Shown here piece after piece: positions 32,981 to 42,032 of a stretch of DNA of 64,000 bases. The stretch comes from an uncultured bacterium (GTDB lineage Bacteria; Verrucomicrobiota; Verrucomicrobiia; Limisphaerales; UBA8199): NCBI GenBank assembly GCA_963749495.1, contig CAVVMW010000021.1, positions 480,001-544,000 of the forward strand, in the 5' to 3' direction. Position 1 is the first letter of the stretch; each line of letters opens with the position of its first letter. A program made the position numbers and the translations under genes. The notes beneath the pieces are model-generated. The model was not told where the DNA came from, searched no databases, and was given only the letters and a program-made list of their open reading frames with translations.

Positions 32981-33119
32981 TGAGGAGGACGCGCAAACAT
33001 TTGGGTCAGAAGGCCTTACACAGAATGGGCTATGCTAACTCGTAAACTGGGGCTAGGCTCTGGCGGCCCGTCGGGCCGCGACGAGGCGCACGCCGGTATT
33101 GGCCGGCCAAGAGGTCGGT

Positions 33120-33374
33120 CACCCTGCAACCTGAATCGGCGGCGCTGCGGGCATATTTGGCATCCTCCAGTTCCAGTTCTTGGCCTTTGTGCTCGGCCCA
33201 TTCCTGGGCAAACGGCTTGTCACCGCGCTTGCGTTTGAGCAGGCCGAAACCGCGCCGGATGGCCCCCTTGCTGACTGGCTGGAGGAGAATCCCCTCCGGC
33301 GTGGCCTGAATGACGGCCTTGGTTCCACCCTCGACATTGGAAAGCCGGAGCGCTTGCGCGTGCCGGTCCCGCAA
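33120..33374 (-). pseudogene. AbrB/MazE-like antitoxin, N-terminally truncated
   Basis: EGGTKAVIQATPEGILLQPV...FAQEWAEHK. Confidence 0.5.
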
Positions 33375-33388
33375 TGTACTCTTGAGCC

Positions 33389-33607
33389 ATGCTTGATTGG
33401 AGTCAGTGTGCGGCCGTCGAACGGACGCCGGGGAAGGTCAGCGGCGCCTGGGTTTTCAAAGACACCCGGGTGCCGGTTAAGGCCCTATTCGAAAACCTGG
33501 AAGATGGCGCGCGGGTGGATGATTTCCTGGAGTGGTTCCCGGGGGTGACTCGCGAGCAGGCGGAGGCGGTTCTGCGCCACGCCGAACAGAGCCTGGCTGC
33601 CGCCTGA
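33389..33607 (+). CDS. DUF433 antitoxin-like protein
   Basis: GKVSGAWVFKDTRVPV...FLEWFPGV; TTGCGC-17-TACTCT promoter just upstream suggests a leaderless mRNA. Confidence 0.85.
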   Translation: MLDWSQCAAVERTPGKVSGAWVFKDTRVPVKALFENLEDGARVDDFLEWFPGVTREQAEAVLRHAEQSLAAA

Positions 33608-33634
33608 AGCCGGCAGCAGCCCCCGCCAACACCG

Positions 33635-33655
33635 ATGAAGATTCTCTTCGACTAG
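33635..33655 (+). pseudogene. Stub of DUF5615/PIN-like toxin
   Basis: MKILFD* directly after DUF433, the usual start of its partner toxin. Confidence 0.5.
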
Positions 33656-33656
33656 C

Positions 33657-34403
33657 TCAGTACCATTTGCGGAGGCGGACATCGATGCCGAGGGCGGGGT
33701 CGAGGCGCTGTTTGAAGAGGGCGGCATTGGCGGTCGAGCCGGCCTGGTCGCGGTAATGGTAGGGATAGACGATCTTGGGGCGGAAGGCGGCGACGGCGCT
33801 GACGGCGTCGTTGACGGTCATGGTGTAGGGCTGGTTCATGCAGACGAAGGCGACATCAATGTTCGCGAGTTGGCGCATTTCCGGGATGCTGCCGGTATCG
33901 CCGCTGATGTAGATGCGTTTGCCGCCGAGCGTGAGGACATAGCCGTTGCCGGTCCCCTTGGGGTGATACGTGTTGTAGGCCGGCACGGCCTCGACGGTCA
34001 TGCCGAGCACGTTGGTGAGGGCGCCGTTTGCGAGGACGCCGGCGGCGAGTTTCTGGGCAGCCGTGAGTCCCTTGTAAGTGGCCTGAGGGGCGAGGATCAG
34101 TACGTTGGCCCCGCGGACGGCATCAATTGTGGCAGTGCTGAAGTGATCCCCATGAGAATGGGTCACGAGGATCAGGTCCGCCTTGGGCAGGCCCGTGTAC
34201 GTGGCTGAGCCCACAGGATCGCAGTAAATGGTCTTGTCATTCCAGCTCAGGACGAACGTGGCGTGGTTGAGGGGGTAGATTAGCACGTCGCCATTGGTGG
34301 TGGCGATGCGGTCGGCAGCCAATTGCGGCGCGGCATGCACCTGGACACCGCCACAGACCAAGGAGAGTACCAAGCAGAACCGCAGGAAGTGTAGAGTTTT
34401 CAT
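33657..34403 (-). CDS. MBL-fold metallo-hydrolase, secreted
   Basis: THSHGDH, IYISGDT, YPYHY. Confidence 0.88.
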   Translation of the reverse strand: MKTLHFLRFCLVLSLVCGGVQVHAAPQLAADRIATTNGDVLIYPLNHATFVLSWNDKTIYCDPVGSATYTGLPKADLILVTHSHGDHFSTATIDAVRGANVLILAPQATYKGLTAAQKLAAGVLANGALTNVLGMTVEAVPAYNTYHPKGTGNGYVLTLGGKRIYISGDTGSIPEMRQLANIDVAFVCMNQPYTMTVNDAVSAVAAFRPKIVYPYHYRDQAGSTANAALFKQRLDPALGIDVRLRKWY

Positions 34404-34580
34404 AATCTGTGTTGTGGACGAGCGGGAGCCTAACAGGGCGCGAGCAAGAAGGAAAGCCAGAAAGCCCCGCCATCCTCGCCTAAAGCTTTTTTGAGAACCA
34501 CGGAACACACGGAACACACGGAAAAAGGCCCCTTTCCGTGTATTCCGGTTCCGTGGTTCTCTAGGCGTCGTTTTGGGCCC

Positions 34581-37500
34581 TCACGGTGTGGACAGGCGGT
34601 AGAAGCGCGGGGGAGAGGAGGGCGCAAGGTCATCGGTGACTTCCTGGAGACAAGCGGCGGGGCTGGCGGGCACGGTGGTGAGCACTTGCCATGAGCCGGC
34701 CTGCAGGCTCGGGCTCCAATAGACGGTGTAGGCCTGCCCCGCGGCGGCCTGAAACCGCAAGCGGAGCCGGGTCCCCTCGATCGAAGCGGTGCTGAAGGCC
34801 GGGCGAAGGATAGCGGGCGAGCCGGGCGTGCCTCCGCTGACCAGGCTGGCCTGCCAATTATGCGGGTCGTTGTAATCGCCGTTGACATCGAGCACTTCCA
34901 GGGAACTGCCGCCTCCATCGGCGGCCGCCAGCCAGTCAACGCCGGCGGGGAGGTTGAAATCCTGAATCACGTTGTTCCACGCATCCACCAACTGCACTTG
35001 CTGCCCCGCCGCCAGATGCCCCTTGTAGGCGCCGGCCACAGGCAGGGCCGCCCCGTAGCGGAACACGAAGGCGGACTTTTTGGCCACGACGAGCAGGCGC
35101 TGGTCTGGGGCCAGGCTGCTAATCGCCGCCGTGGAGAAGTCGAATGTGACGCCGGCGGTGAACCGCACTCCCACGAGCGAGAGATTGGTCGGGCCGATGT
35201 TCAACAATTCGATGAAGGCGAAATCGTCGGCGCTGGCGAAACCGGCCGCCAGTTCGGGGGCGGTCGGCAGCGGAGGATGGTACATGAGTTCGGTGATGCG
35301 CAGATAGTCCCGCTGGGCGAGCGCGGAGACACTCGTGGTGGCGGCGATGGCGGCCTGGCCGACGGCAGCGCCGCGATAGTCGTAGGCCACCAGTTGCAGG
35401 AAATTGCTGCCGGCCGCCAGCGGGACGACCGCCTGCCAGTTCTGGTCGTCCAGCCAGGTGACCGGGAGCAGGTTGGTCGTCCCGGCCAGACCGATGTCGC
35501 GCACGTTAATCCAGCCGCGGCCAGTCACGGTGACCGTGGGAGTGTTGACCGTGAGGTTGCTGCCCCCGTTGGAGGTGATGGCAAACGGGAACTGCGGCGC
35601 GAGTTGGCTCCGGACGGCGGCGCCGCGCGCCTGGGCGTAGCCCGGAACGAAGCTGTAATCCACGCCGGTGACATCGGAGAAATGCCGGGCCCAGCGCGTC
35701 AGGTAGGCGCTGTTAAAAACTGAATTCACCAGGTCCAGCAAGTGGCCCTGGTAAAGGCGGCGATAGCCCGGCAGTTGCAAAATCCGGTAGATGTTGTTCT
35801 TGCCGTAAATCGAGGCGGTCGGAGACATCTGCCAGGCAAATCCCCAATCGTTCTGGAGCGCCACGATGCGCCCGTCATCCGACCGGGCATAGAAGGCCAC
35901 ATTGTGCGGATTGTCCTCGCCATAGATGTCGGTGACGCCGATGAGCATCTGGAGCGCAAAATAGCGAGCCCATTCATCCACATCGATGGCGGCGGCGGCC
36001 GCCTGCTGCAGCGCCGCTGCGCTCTGGCTGAAGGCCTTGCCCATCGCGACGACCCGCGAGTAATCGTCGCGGGCGCGCTGGTTCAGGATCAACACGCTCC
36101 AGCGGTATTGCTCCGGGTCGTCGCCCAGGTCCGTGATGTCGTAGTTCCAGACAAAATTGACAGGCTGGGGCAGCTTGTAGCCCTCGGGCGTGCCATCATC
36201 GGTGGTCTCATAAACGCGGATGCCCTCCAGCTTGAAGGCGGTGCCGTCGTTAGCGTTCTCGAACTGGGAATCGATGTAGGTGTTGTCGTAGTTGGCCAGA
36301 ACGAGGGTGGCAAAGCCCACATTATCCGGCCGGTGGCTCACGAGGTAAACCACGTCGTTGTAGTTTGCGGGCAGGCCCCCGGCCTGGTTGAGGATGTGCC
36401 GGACCAGGTTGGCGCCCAGGTCGCTGCGGCGGACGATGACCGAGCCACGGGAGCCGCGAAACAGATGGTCGGCGGGAAACTCCACCACAAGGCCGGTGGA
36501 CGAGGCGTCGGGCCGGCTGAACATGCTGCCGTGGAGGCGGATGTGGGCGTCGTAAAAGACCTCGCGCTCGTTGTGGACGGCCGTGCAACCCATGGGATCA
36601 TCGCTCATGAGGTTGACCGTGTCATGGAGCAGGGCCGCATCGGCGGGCGTCATGATCGTGCGGAGGGTCTGTTTGCCGGCCACCAGTTGGGGTCCCTGGA
36701 CCTTGATCAAGGCCCGCGAGTTGGTCCCGCCCGCCGGATAATCCGAGGTCGCGCCCAGAAGGTCGGCGCCTCGGACGAAGAACTGAATGACCGAACCTGA
36801 AGGCTGGGCAGGAATCGTGGCCGTGTAGGTGGCAGGGCTTGAATTGGACGCACCCATGGACACGGTCTGCCAGAGGGCGCCGTTGACCGCGTAATGCAGC
36901 GTCAGCCCGGCCACGCCGTCGGGGTCGGCAGCGCAGACGCTCAGGGCGATGTTGTCGGTCGGGACGGGCGCCACGGGCGAGTGCTGGAGCCGGGAGTAGG
37001 TGGGGCCGGCGTTGGCCAGGAAGGTCGAGTTGCGCCGTCCAGGCGTGCCGCAACCGGACGGCTGGTCCAGCAGCGTGGTCGCGGCCACTTTGTTGTAATA
37101 GAGCTCGGTGTGGAGTTGGGGCGAACCGGCCAGCCACTTGGCATCGAAAGAGACCTCGTAGTTGTGCCCGGCAACGACCGGCACCAGGGCGCCGCCTGCC
37201 TTGAGCGTGGTCTCCAGTTGGTTCTCCAGGTAGCTCATCGGGCCGGTCGCCACCAGGTGCAAGACCGGGCTGGACGGGGCATCGGGGCTCGGTTCCACGA
37301 ACGAGTGTTTATGGTTGCCGACCAGGCGCCACTTGGCCGTGCCCGAGGCAAAGTTGGTGTTTTGGAGCAACTGCCGCGGCGGCGCGCCGGCCGGCAGTTC
37401 GAGGACACTGACATTGTCCAGGAGCGCCTCCCCTTCTGCGAGCAGGCCGAGGCGCAATTCGTCAAAGGAGTAGATATTGGGTGAATAGACCGGTTGGATG

Positions 37501-40169
37501 GCCTGGGCGCGAAAGCTGTAGTGCCGCCAGGCGGTTTTGGAGCTTTCGATGCTCGAGGCCCAGGACTCGGGAACGGAGTTGTCGGCCCGCGGGTCGCGCA
37601 GTTCGAGGCTGGAGCCGCCGCCGTCGGTGTAAGCGGGCCAGGGAAAGGCGGCGTAATAAGTCACTTGGTTGGCGGGGTTGCCTTGGGCATCGAGCAGAAG
37701 GATGTGCGCCCCACGATGGGAGAGTTTGCCGGCGAAATCTCCAAGCACCGTGATGTCGGGGTATTGGGCTTGGAGCGCGGCGCCATGGTTGGCGATGACC
37801 AGGTAGGCGTCCGGGTCGAGCACCGTATTGCTGGGGAAAGAGAAGGTGATGGCGTCTGCCAGTTGCCAGCCGGTCAGATCCACCGGCACGCTGGAACGGT
37901 TGTAGAGTTCGATCCACTGCTCGTCGTTTTTGCTCATCAGCGGCGGCACCAGGTTGGTGGCATAGCTCGGGGCATGCTGGTAGAGGATTTCGTTGATGAC
38001 GATTTCATCGTGAAGCGCAAACTGGTTGGGGGCGCCCGGGGTCGGCGCAGACGGATAGAGCCAGGGGCCCGCCGGGCTGGACGGGAGCCGGCCGAGCAGC
38101 CGGTCCGCCACCTTGACGCCATCGAGCACGTTTTGGCTGGAGCCAACCAGGAAGAGCTTGTCGCCGGCCCGCGCGCCGAAGCCCAGGTCGTTCGTGCCGA
38201 GCGTTAGAAAGGCCCCCGGGCCGAGTGTCCGAGCCCCCAGCAGACACCTGCCGCCGGCACTGGAAAGGACGCAGCACCCGGCCAACGCCACGTCCGTGCT
38301 CCCGCGGTTGAACAACTCGACAAAGAACGACGGGCTGTCCGCGGCAGCAACCTCGTTGAAGGCCAGCGCGTCCTGCCCGGGGACCGGCGGCGCCCCGACG
38401 GCCGACAGCTCAGCCGTGAGCAGGAAGTCCGGGTCGGCAGCGGCGGCGTTCAGGGCCTGGAAGGCCAGCACATTGCGGCCGGGCGCAAGGGTCGCGGCCA
38501 GGGCGCTCAGGTCGATGGTCTCGGCGCAAAACACGGCTGTGGCGGCGCGGTTGGTGACCGCGCTCGAGTTCCAGGCCAAGGTCTGCGGGGCGTTGCGCCG
38601 GGCGATTTCGGCGCCGTTGAGGTAGGCGACGAACCCGTCGTCGTACTGAACCGTCAGGGTCAACCGCTGGTAGCCCGCGCCCGCGGGCACAGTGAAAAGC
38701 AGGCGCAGGTACAACGAGCTATTGGTTCCAAACATGGCGGATTGCACGTCCGTGCCGATCAGGCCGCCATAACCATTGAGCATCCAGGGCGGCGTCCCGG
38801 CGGCCAGCCGGGCGATGTCAGCCGGGGCGAGCACGCCCTGCCAGATGCCCACCTCATCGAGCCGGCCGCGGAAAAAGTTCGGCGTGTGGCCCGAGTCGGT
38901 GCCGAGCCGCCACTGGTTGCCGCCGCCCCACAGGGTGCCAATGGTCACGCTGGGGCCGCTGGGCACGCCGTTGACATAGATGCGCATGGGGCCGCCGTTG
39001 GTGGCTGTGGCGGCGAGGCGGTACCAGACCCCCGGCTTGACGACATTGGTGGCGGCAACCGAGCGGATGCTGCCGTCCCAGACGTAGTGCTCGAATTGGC
39101 CTGAGGAATTGATGCGCAATTGATGCGACCAATCCACGTCGGGACCGCTTCCGTCGGTCCGGACCAGCAGGCTGCACGGGCGGAGCAGGTCCACACACGC
39201 CCACAAGGCGAGGGTGTAACCGGCGGGATTAACCGGGTCGCCCACCTGGACCTGGCTGGAGGAGCCGTCGAACTGGAGCGATTGGCCGCCCCCCACGGCG
39301 GGTGGAACGTTGGTGGAGAACTGGGCGCCCAGGTTCTGTGCATCAAAGCCGTGGCCCGAGACATCGGTCAGGTTGCCATCGAACGAATAGGCGCGCGCGA
39401 CCGGCAGCGCGCTGGACTCGCCCCCCCGGGCATCGAACCCAATGGCGGCCTGGCCGGCTGCCCAGGAACCGTCGTCGAAACCAGGCAGCGTCCAGGATTG
39501 GCCAAGCGAATCGTCGCCAGGCACCAGCCAGCGCCCGGCTGAGCCCGGTGTGAGCCATTCTTCGACGGTAGGACCACTGGATTGGAGCTCAGGGAAATTG
39601 GGCGCTCCGGGCGTGCCGCCGGTCTGAGGGCTCGCGCGCCAATTGGCCCCCGGGCTGCTCGAGGTCAATGGGTCGCGCTTGGCCAGAGAGGCGCCCGAGC
39701 CGTCGGCGGCCACGGGCCAGGGCCAGTCGCTGCCGAAAGTCAGTTCGTCCAGGAGCCGATTGTTGTGGTTGCGAAGGCGCAGCACCTGGCCGGGATCGTC
39801 CAGGTTCCCGGCGAAGGGTCCGAACACGTTGGTGGCGCCGCTGGCCGCCTGCAACGCGGCGGGATTGGCCGCGACGAGCGCGAAGCCGCCAGCAGCAAGA
39901 ATCGTGTTGGTCGGAAATCGGTAGTTAATTGCGCCCTCAATCTGCCAGTTTGAGATCTCGATGTCCTCGGACATCTGGTTGTAGAGCTCGACCCATTCCA
40001 TGGCCGGGTCGCCGCCCGCCGGGTGGTACATGATCTCGTTGAACGCGATGATCGAGTCCGCCGCCGTGGTGGTGTCGGGCTGCGAGAACAACGTGTCGGC
40101 CGCCGCCGCATCCAGGAGACCGAACGCAAGGGCCAGCGCGAAGGCAGAGGTCGTGATCGCTCTTTGCAC
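34581..40169 (-). CDS. Large secreted protein: lamin-tail domains, LamG, CotH-kinase-like region
   Basis: Repeated I/FNEIMYHP...VELYN...GTPG LTD units, LamG FRGRLDEVGIW, C-terminal PRFYRL; start estimated. Confidence 0.82.
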   Translation of the reverse strand: MQRAITTSAFALALAFGLLDAAAADTLFSQPDTTTAADSIIAFNEIMYHPAGGDPAMEWVELYNQMSEDIEISNWQIEGAINYRFPTNTILAAGGFALVAANPAALQAASGATNVFGPFAGNLDDPGQVLRLRNHNNRLLDELTFGSDWPWPVAADGSGASLAKRDPLTSSSPGANWRASPQTGGTPGAPNFPELQSSGPTVEEWLTPGSAGRWLVPGDDSLGQSWTLPGFDDGSWAAGQAAIGFDARGGESSALPVARAYSFDGNLTDVSGHGFDAQNLGAQFSTNVPPAVGGGQSLQFDGSSSQVQVGDPVNPAGYTLALWACVDLLRPCSLLVRTDGSGPDVDWSHQLRINSSGQFEHYVWDGSIRSVAATNVVKPGVWYRLAATATNGGPMRIYVNGVPSGPSVTIGTLWGGGNQWRLGTDSGHTPNFFRGRLDEVGIWQGVLAPADIARLAAGTPPWMLNGYGGLIGTDVQSAMFGTNSSLYLRLLFTVPAGAGYQRLTLTVQYDDGFVAYLNGAEIARRNAPQTLAWNSSAVTNRAATAVFCAETIDLSALAATLAPGRNVLAFQALNAAAADPDFLLTAELSAVGAPPVPGQDALAFNEVAAADSPSFFVELFNRGSTDVALAGCCVLSSAGGRCLLGARTLGPGAFLTLGTNDLGFGARAGDKLFLVGSSQNVLDGVKVADRLLGRLPSSPAGPWLYPSAPTPGAPNQFALHDEIVINEILYQHAPSYATNLVPPLMSKNDEQWIELYNRSSVPVDLTGWQLADAITFSFPSNTVLDPDAYLVIANHGAALQAQYPDITVLGDFAGKLSHRGAHILLLDAQGNPANQVTYYAAFPWPAYTDGGGSSLELRDPRADNSVPESWASSIESSKTAWRHYSFRAQAIQPVYSPNIYSFDELRLGLLAEGEALLDNVSVLELPAGAPPRQLLQNTNFASGTAKWRLVGNHKHSFVEPSPDAPSSPVLHLVATGPMSYLENQLETTLKAGGALVPVVAGHNYEVSFDAKWLAGSPQLHTELYYNKVAATTLLDQPSGCGTPGRRNSTFLANAGPTYSRLQHSPVAPVPTDNIALSVCAADPDGVAGLTLHYAVNGALWQTVSMGASNSSPATYTATIPAQPSGSVIQFFVRGADLLGATSDYPAGGTNSRALIKVQGPQLVAGKQTLRTIMTPADAALLHDTVNLMSDDPMGCTAVHNEREVFYDAHIRLHGSMFSRPDASSTGLVVEFPADHLFRGSRGSVIVRRSDLGANLVRHILNQAGGLPANYNDVVYLVSHRPDNVGFATLVLANYDNTYIDSQFENANDGTAFKLEGIRVYETTDDGTPEGYKLPQPVNFVWNYDITDLGDDPEQYRWSVLILNQRARDDYSRVVAMGKAFSQSAAALQQAAAAAIDVDEWARYFALQMLIGVTDIYGEDNPHNVAFYARSDDGRIVALQNDWGFAWQMSPTASIYGKNNIYRILQLPGYRRLYQGHLLDLVNSVFNSAYLTRWARHFSDVTGVDYSFVPGYAQARGAAVRSQLAPQFPFAITSNGGSNLTVNTPTVTVTGRGWINVRDIGLAGTTNLLPVTWLDDQNWQAVVPLAAGSNFLQLVAYDYRGAAVGQAAIAATTSVSALAQRDYLRITELMYHPPLPTAPELAAGFASADDFAFIELLNIGPTNLSLVGVRFTAGVTFDFSTAAISSLAPDQRLLVVAKKSAFVFRYGAALPVAGAYKGHLAAGQQVQLVDAWNNVIQDFNLPAGVDWLAAADGGGSSLEVLDVNGDYNDPHNWQASLVSGGTPGSPAILRPAFSTASIEGTRLRLRFQAAAGQAYTVYWSPSLQAGSWQVLTTVPASPAACLQEVTDDLAPSSPPRFYRLSTP

Positions 40170-40219
40170 AAAGGCTCGGCGGTTATTGGGGAATCCGTGG
40201 GATGCACTCCAGAGGGACG

Positions 40220-40625
40220 ACCCCGCACCCCGGCCCTCTGCCCATCCCCGATTGGATCGGGGCAAGCGGGCGGGGAGAGGGAGGACCGCCGACCCTCTGT
40301 CGAAGAATCCCGGCGCGTTGGAACTTGGGAGAGCCGGGCTTTGCTTCTCCCCCGCCCCGTCCGACGGGCAGAGGGCCGGGGTGAGGGGCAAGCGGTCCAA
40401 GTCATCCCGGAGGGATGAAAGACGGTAGCCGGGGGTCGAAGCGGGGCGAGACCCCCGGTCCAGCGACGCTGGGGGTCGGCATCCCGGAGGGATGCCAGAG
40501 GGTAGCTCAAGCCAGGGCTGCAGGTCTCTGGCACCCCTTCCGGGGTGCGCGATCCTGCCTGCCGTGGACCGGGGGTTGCGGCGCCGCCGCGACCCCCGGC
40601 TACCCTCTGGCAACCCTCCGGGTTG
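40220..40625. repeat. Two adjacent REP-like palindromes (family C, then an ATCCCGGAGGGAT family)
   Basis: Internal inverted arms; non-protein-like translation. Confidence 0.7.
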
Positions 40626-40696
40626 CGCCGCGCGACGGCGGGGGCGGGAACCCCTCGCCTGAGGGCTGATCTGAGATGGAGCCCCGCGCACTGTCG

Positions 40697-41458
40697 TCAC
40701 CACCAGGTAAAAGTAGGGTCGGGCGCGGTATTCCAAAACGCAGAGCTGTCTGCGGGAGCGGCATCCGGGATGGTTGGAAACTTGAATCCGAACGAGTGGC
40801 CATCGCCATAGAGCATATTGACCAGACTCTTGCCCTGGTAGTTATGCCAGGCGCTTTTGGGGTCTGTCCAACCCCGATTGGGGTGCCAAATCCAGTCCCC
40901 GAGGATGATCTTGTTTGCCGGGCTGCGGGCAATTTCCGCGCCGGTCATCAACCTGCCACTGGGTTGGCCACGGGCGCTGGGGTCGGAGTTTCCGAAGACC
41001 TGCTTGACGCGCGCGAAGTCTGTCGCCCATTCGATCAAGTAACTGGTGCCGTACTGGGCCCAGCAGTTGGTGCAGTTAATGCCGACCCAAATGATGCCGT
41101 CCACGTCGCCTTTATCGGCCGGGCAATGGAACACCTCGACGTTGGCTTCATAGCCCCAGAGAGGCCGGTTCGTCGCCCAGGTCCAGAAATCGTACTTGCC
41201 GCTCTGTCCACCCAATGCGTCCCAGTCCGGGCACAGCGGCTCCGTGTCCCTGTTGTCCATCATATAGCACGCCAGGGCGACACCGATCTGATGCGTGTTG
41301 TTCAGGCATTGGATCCGTTTGGCCTTGGCCTTGGCCCGCGATAGGGCGGGCAGAATCATGGCGGCCAGGATGGCGATGATGGCGATCACCACCAGCAATT
41401 CGATCAGAGTAAAAGCCCACCGGGCCTGACGGAGCGGCGCAGGTTGCGGCATCATCAT
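40697..41458 (-). CDS. Prepilin-type N-terminal cleavage/methylation protein with H-X9-DG motif
   Basis: [42 protein letters not shown]. Confidence 0.9.
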   Translation of the reverse strand: MMMPQPAPLRQARWAFTLIELLVVIAIIAILAAMILPALSRAKAKAKRIQCLNNTHQIGVALACYMMDNRDTEPLCPDWDALGGQSGKYDFWTWATNRPLWGYEANVEVFHCPADKGDVDGIIWVGINCTNCWAQYGTSYLIEWATDFARVKQVFGNSDPSARGQPSGRLMTGAEIARSPANKIILGDWIWHPNRGWTDPKSAWHNYQGKSLVNMLYGDGHSFGFKFPTIPDAAPADSSAFWNTAPDPTFTWW

Positions 41459-41557
41459 TATCTGGTTTGACTCGGAAAAGCATACCATACGCGCGCGCTC
41501 TATGGCAATGCCTGGATTCACAATTGGATGTCTGGCGTCACAAGGCCGGGTTCCGAA

Positions 41558-41638
41558 CCTTTGTCGCAGCCTTTGTCGAAAACCTTTGTCGAAAAATGGT
41601 CAAACCGACAAAGGCTGCGACAAAGGCCGCGACAAAGT
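41558..41638. repeat. Inverted ~12-mer tandem repeat (CTTTGTCG.. / ..CGACAAAG)
   Basis: Same family at 46998-47078. Confidence 0.8.
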
Positions 41639-41702
41639 TCTCCAATAGCCGGCGTTCTCGGCCAGGCGCCCGTGACCAATCGCCTCAGGTAACGGATCAG
41701 GC

Positions 41703-41817
41703 GTGGGGCGGACCTCTGGTCTGCCGGTTGGAGGGGCCTCTGGCCCCGAGCGTCGCAACCGCAAGGGACACGGAGCCGGAGGCTCCGTGAACCGGCAGAC
41801 CAGAGGTCTGCCCCACG
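41703..41817. repeat. REP-like palindrome, family E
   Basis: GTGGGGCGGACCTCTGGTCTGCCGGTT ... AACCGGCAGACCAGAGGTCTGCCCCAC. Confidence 0.75.
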
Positions 41818-42032
41818 TATCCCCACCTGAACAGTCGCCGCCTCAGCGACCGTGCAGAGCGACGGCTGCAGCGTGGCCTTGGCCCCTCGGCCCCCGGCGG
41901 ACCGGGCTTGGCGGGGAAGGACCTTCGGCAACTGCGCCAGATGTTCAGGCTCGGAGGAGGTGAGCCGCCAGATCCGGGCAAGGCCCTGCCCTGGCCGGTA
42001 TGGCCGGGGCAGGGCCGCCCATGGGCCTCTGA

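Larger units (their letters stand above)
30997..33115. repeat. 80-bp inverted repeats enclosing the IS
   Basis: 30997-31076 is the reverse complement of 33036-33115 with two mismatches. Confidence 0.85.

Noticed and set aside
40170..40736. N-terminal extension of the 2051-aa ORF
   Set aside because: It translates REP palindromes; a signal-like start lies near 40169.
41518..42032. C-terminal extension of the 1151-aa LamG ORF
   Set aside because: It runs through repeats; repairing one frameshift gives YYRLSTH* at 42033.
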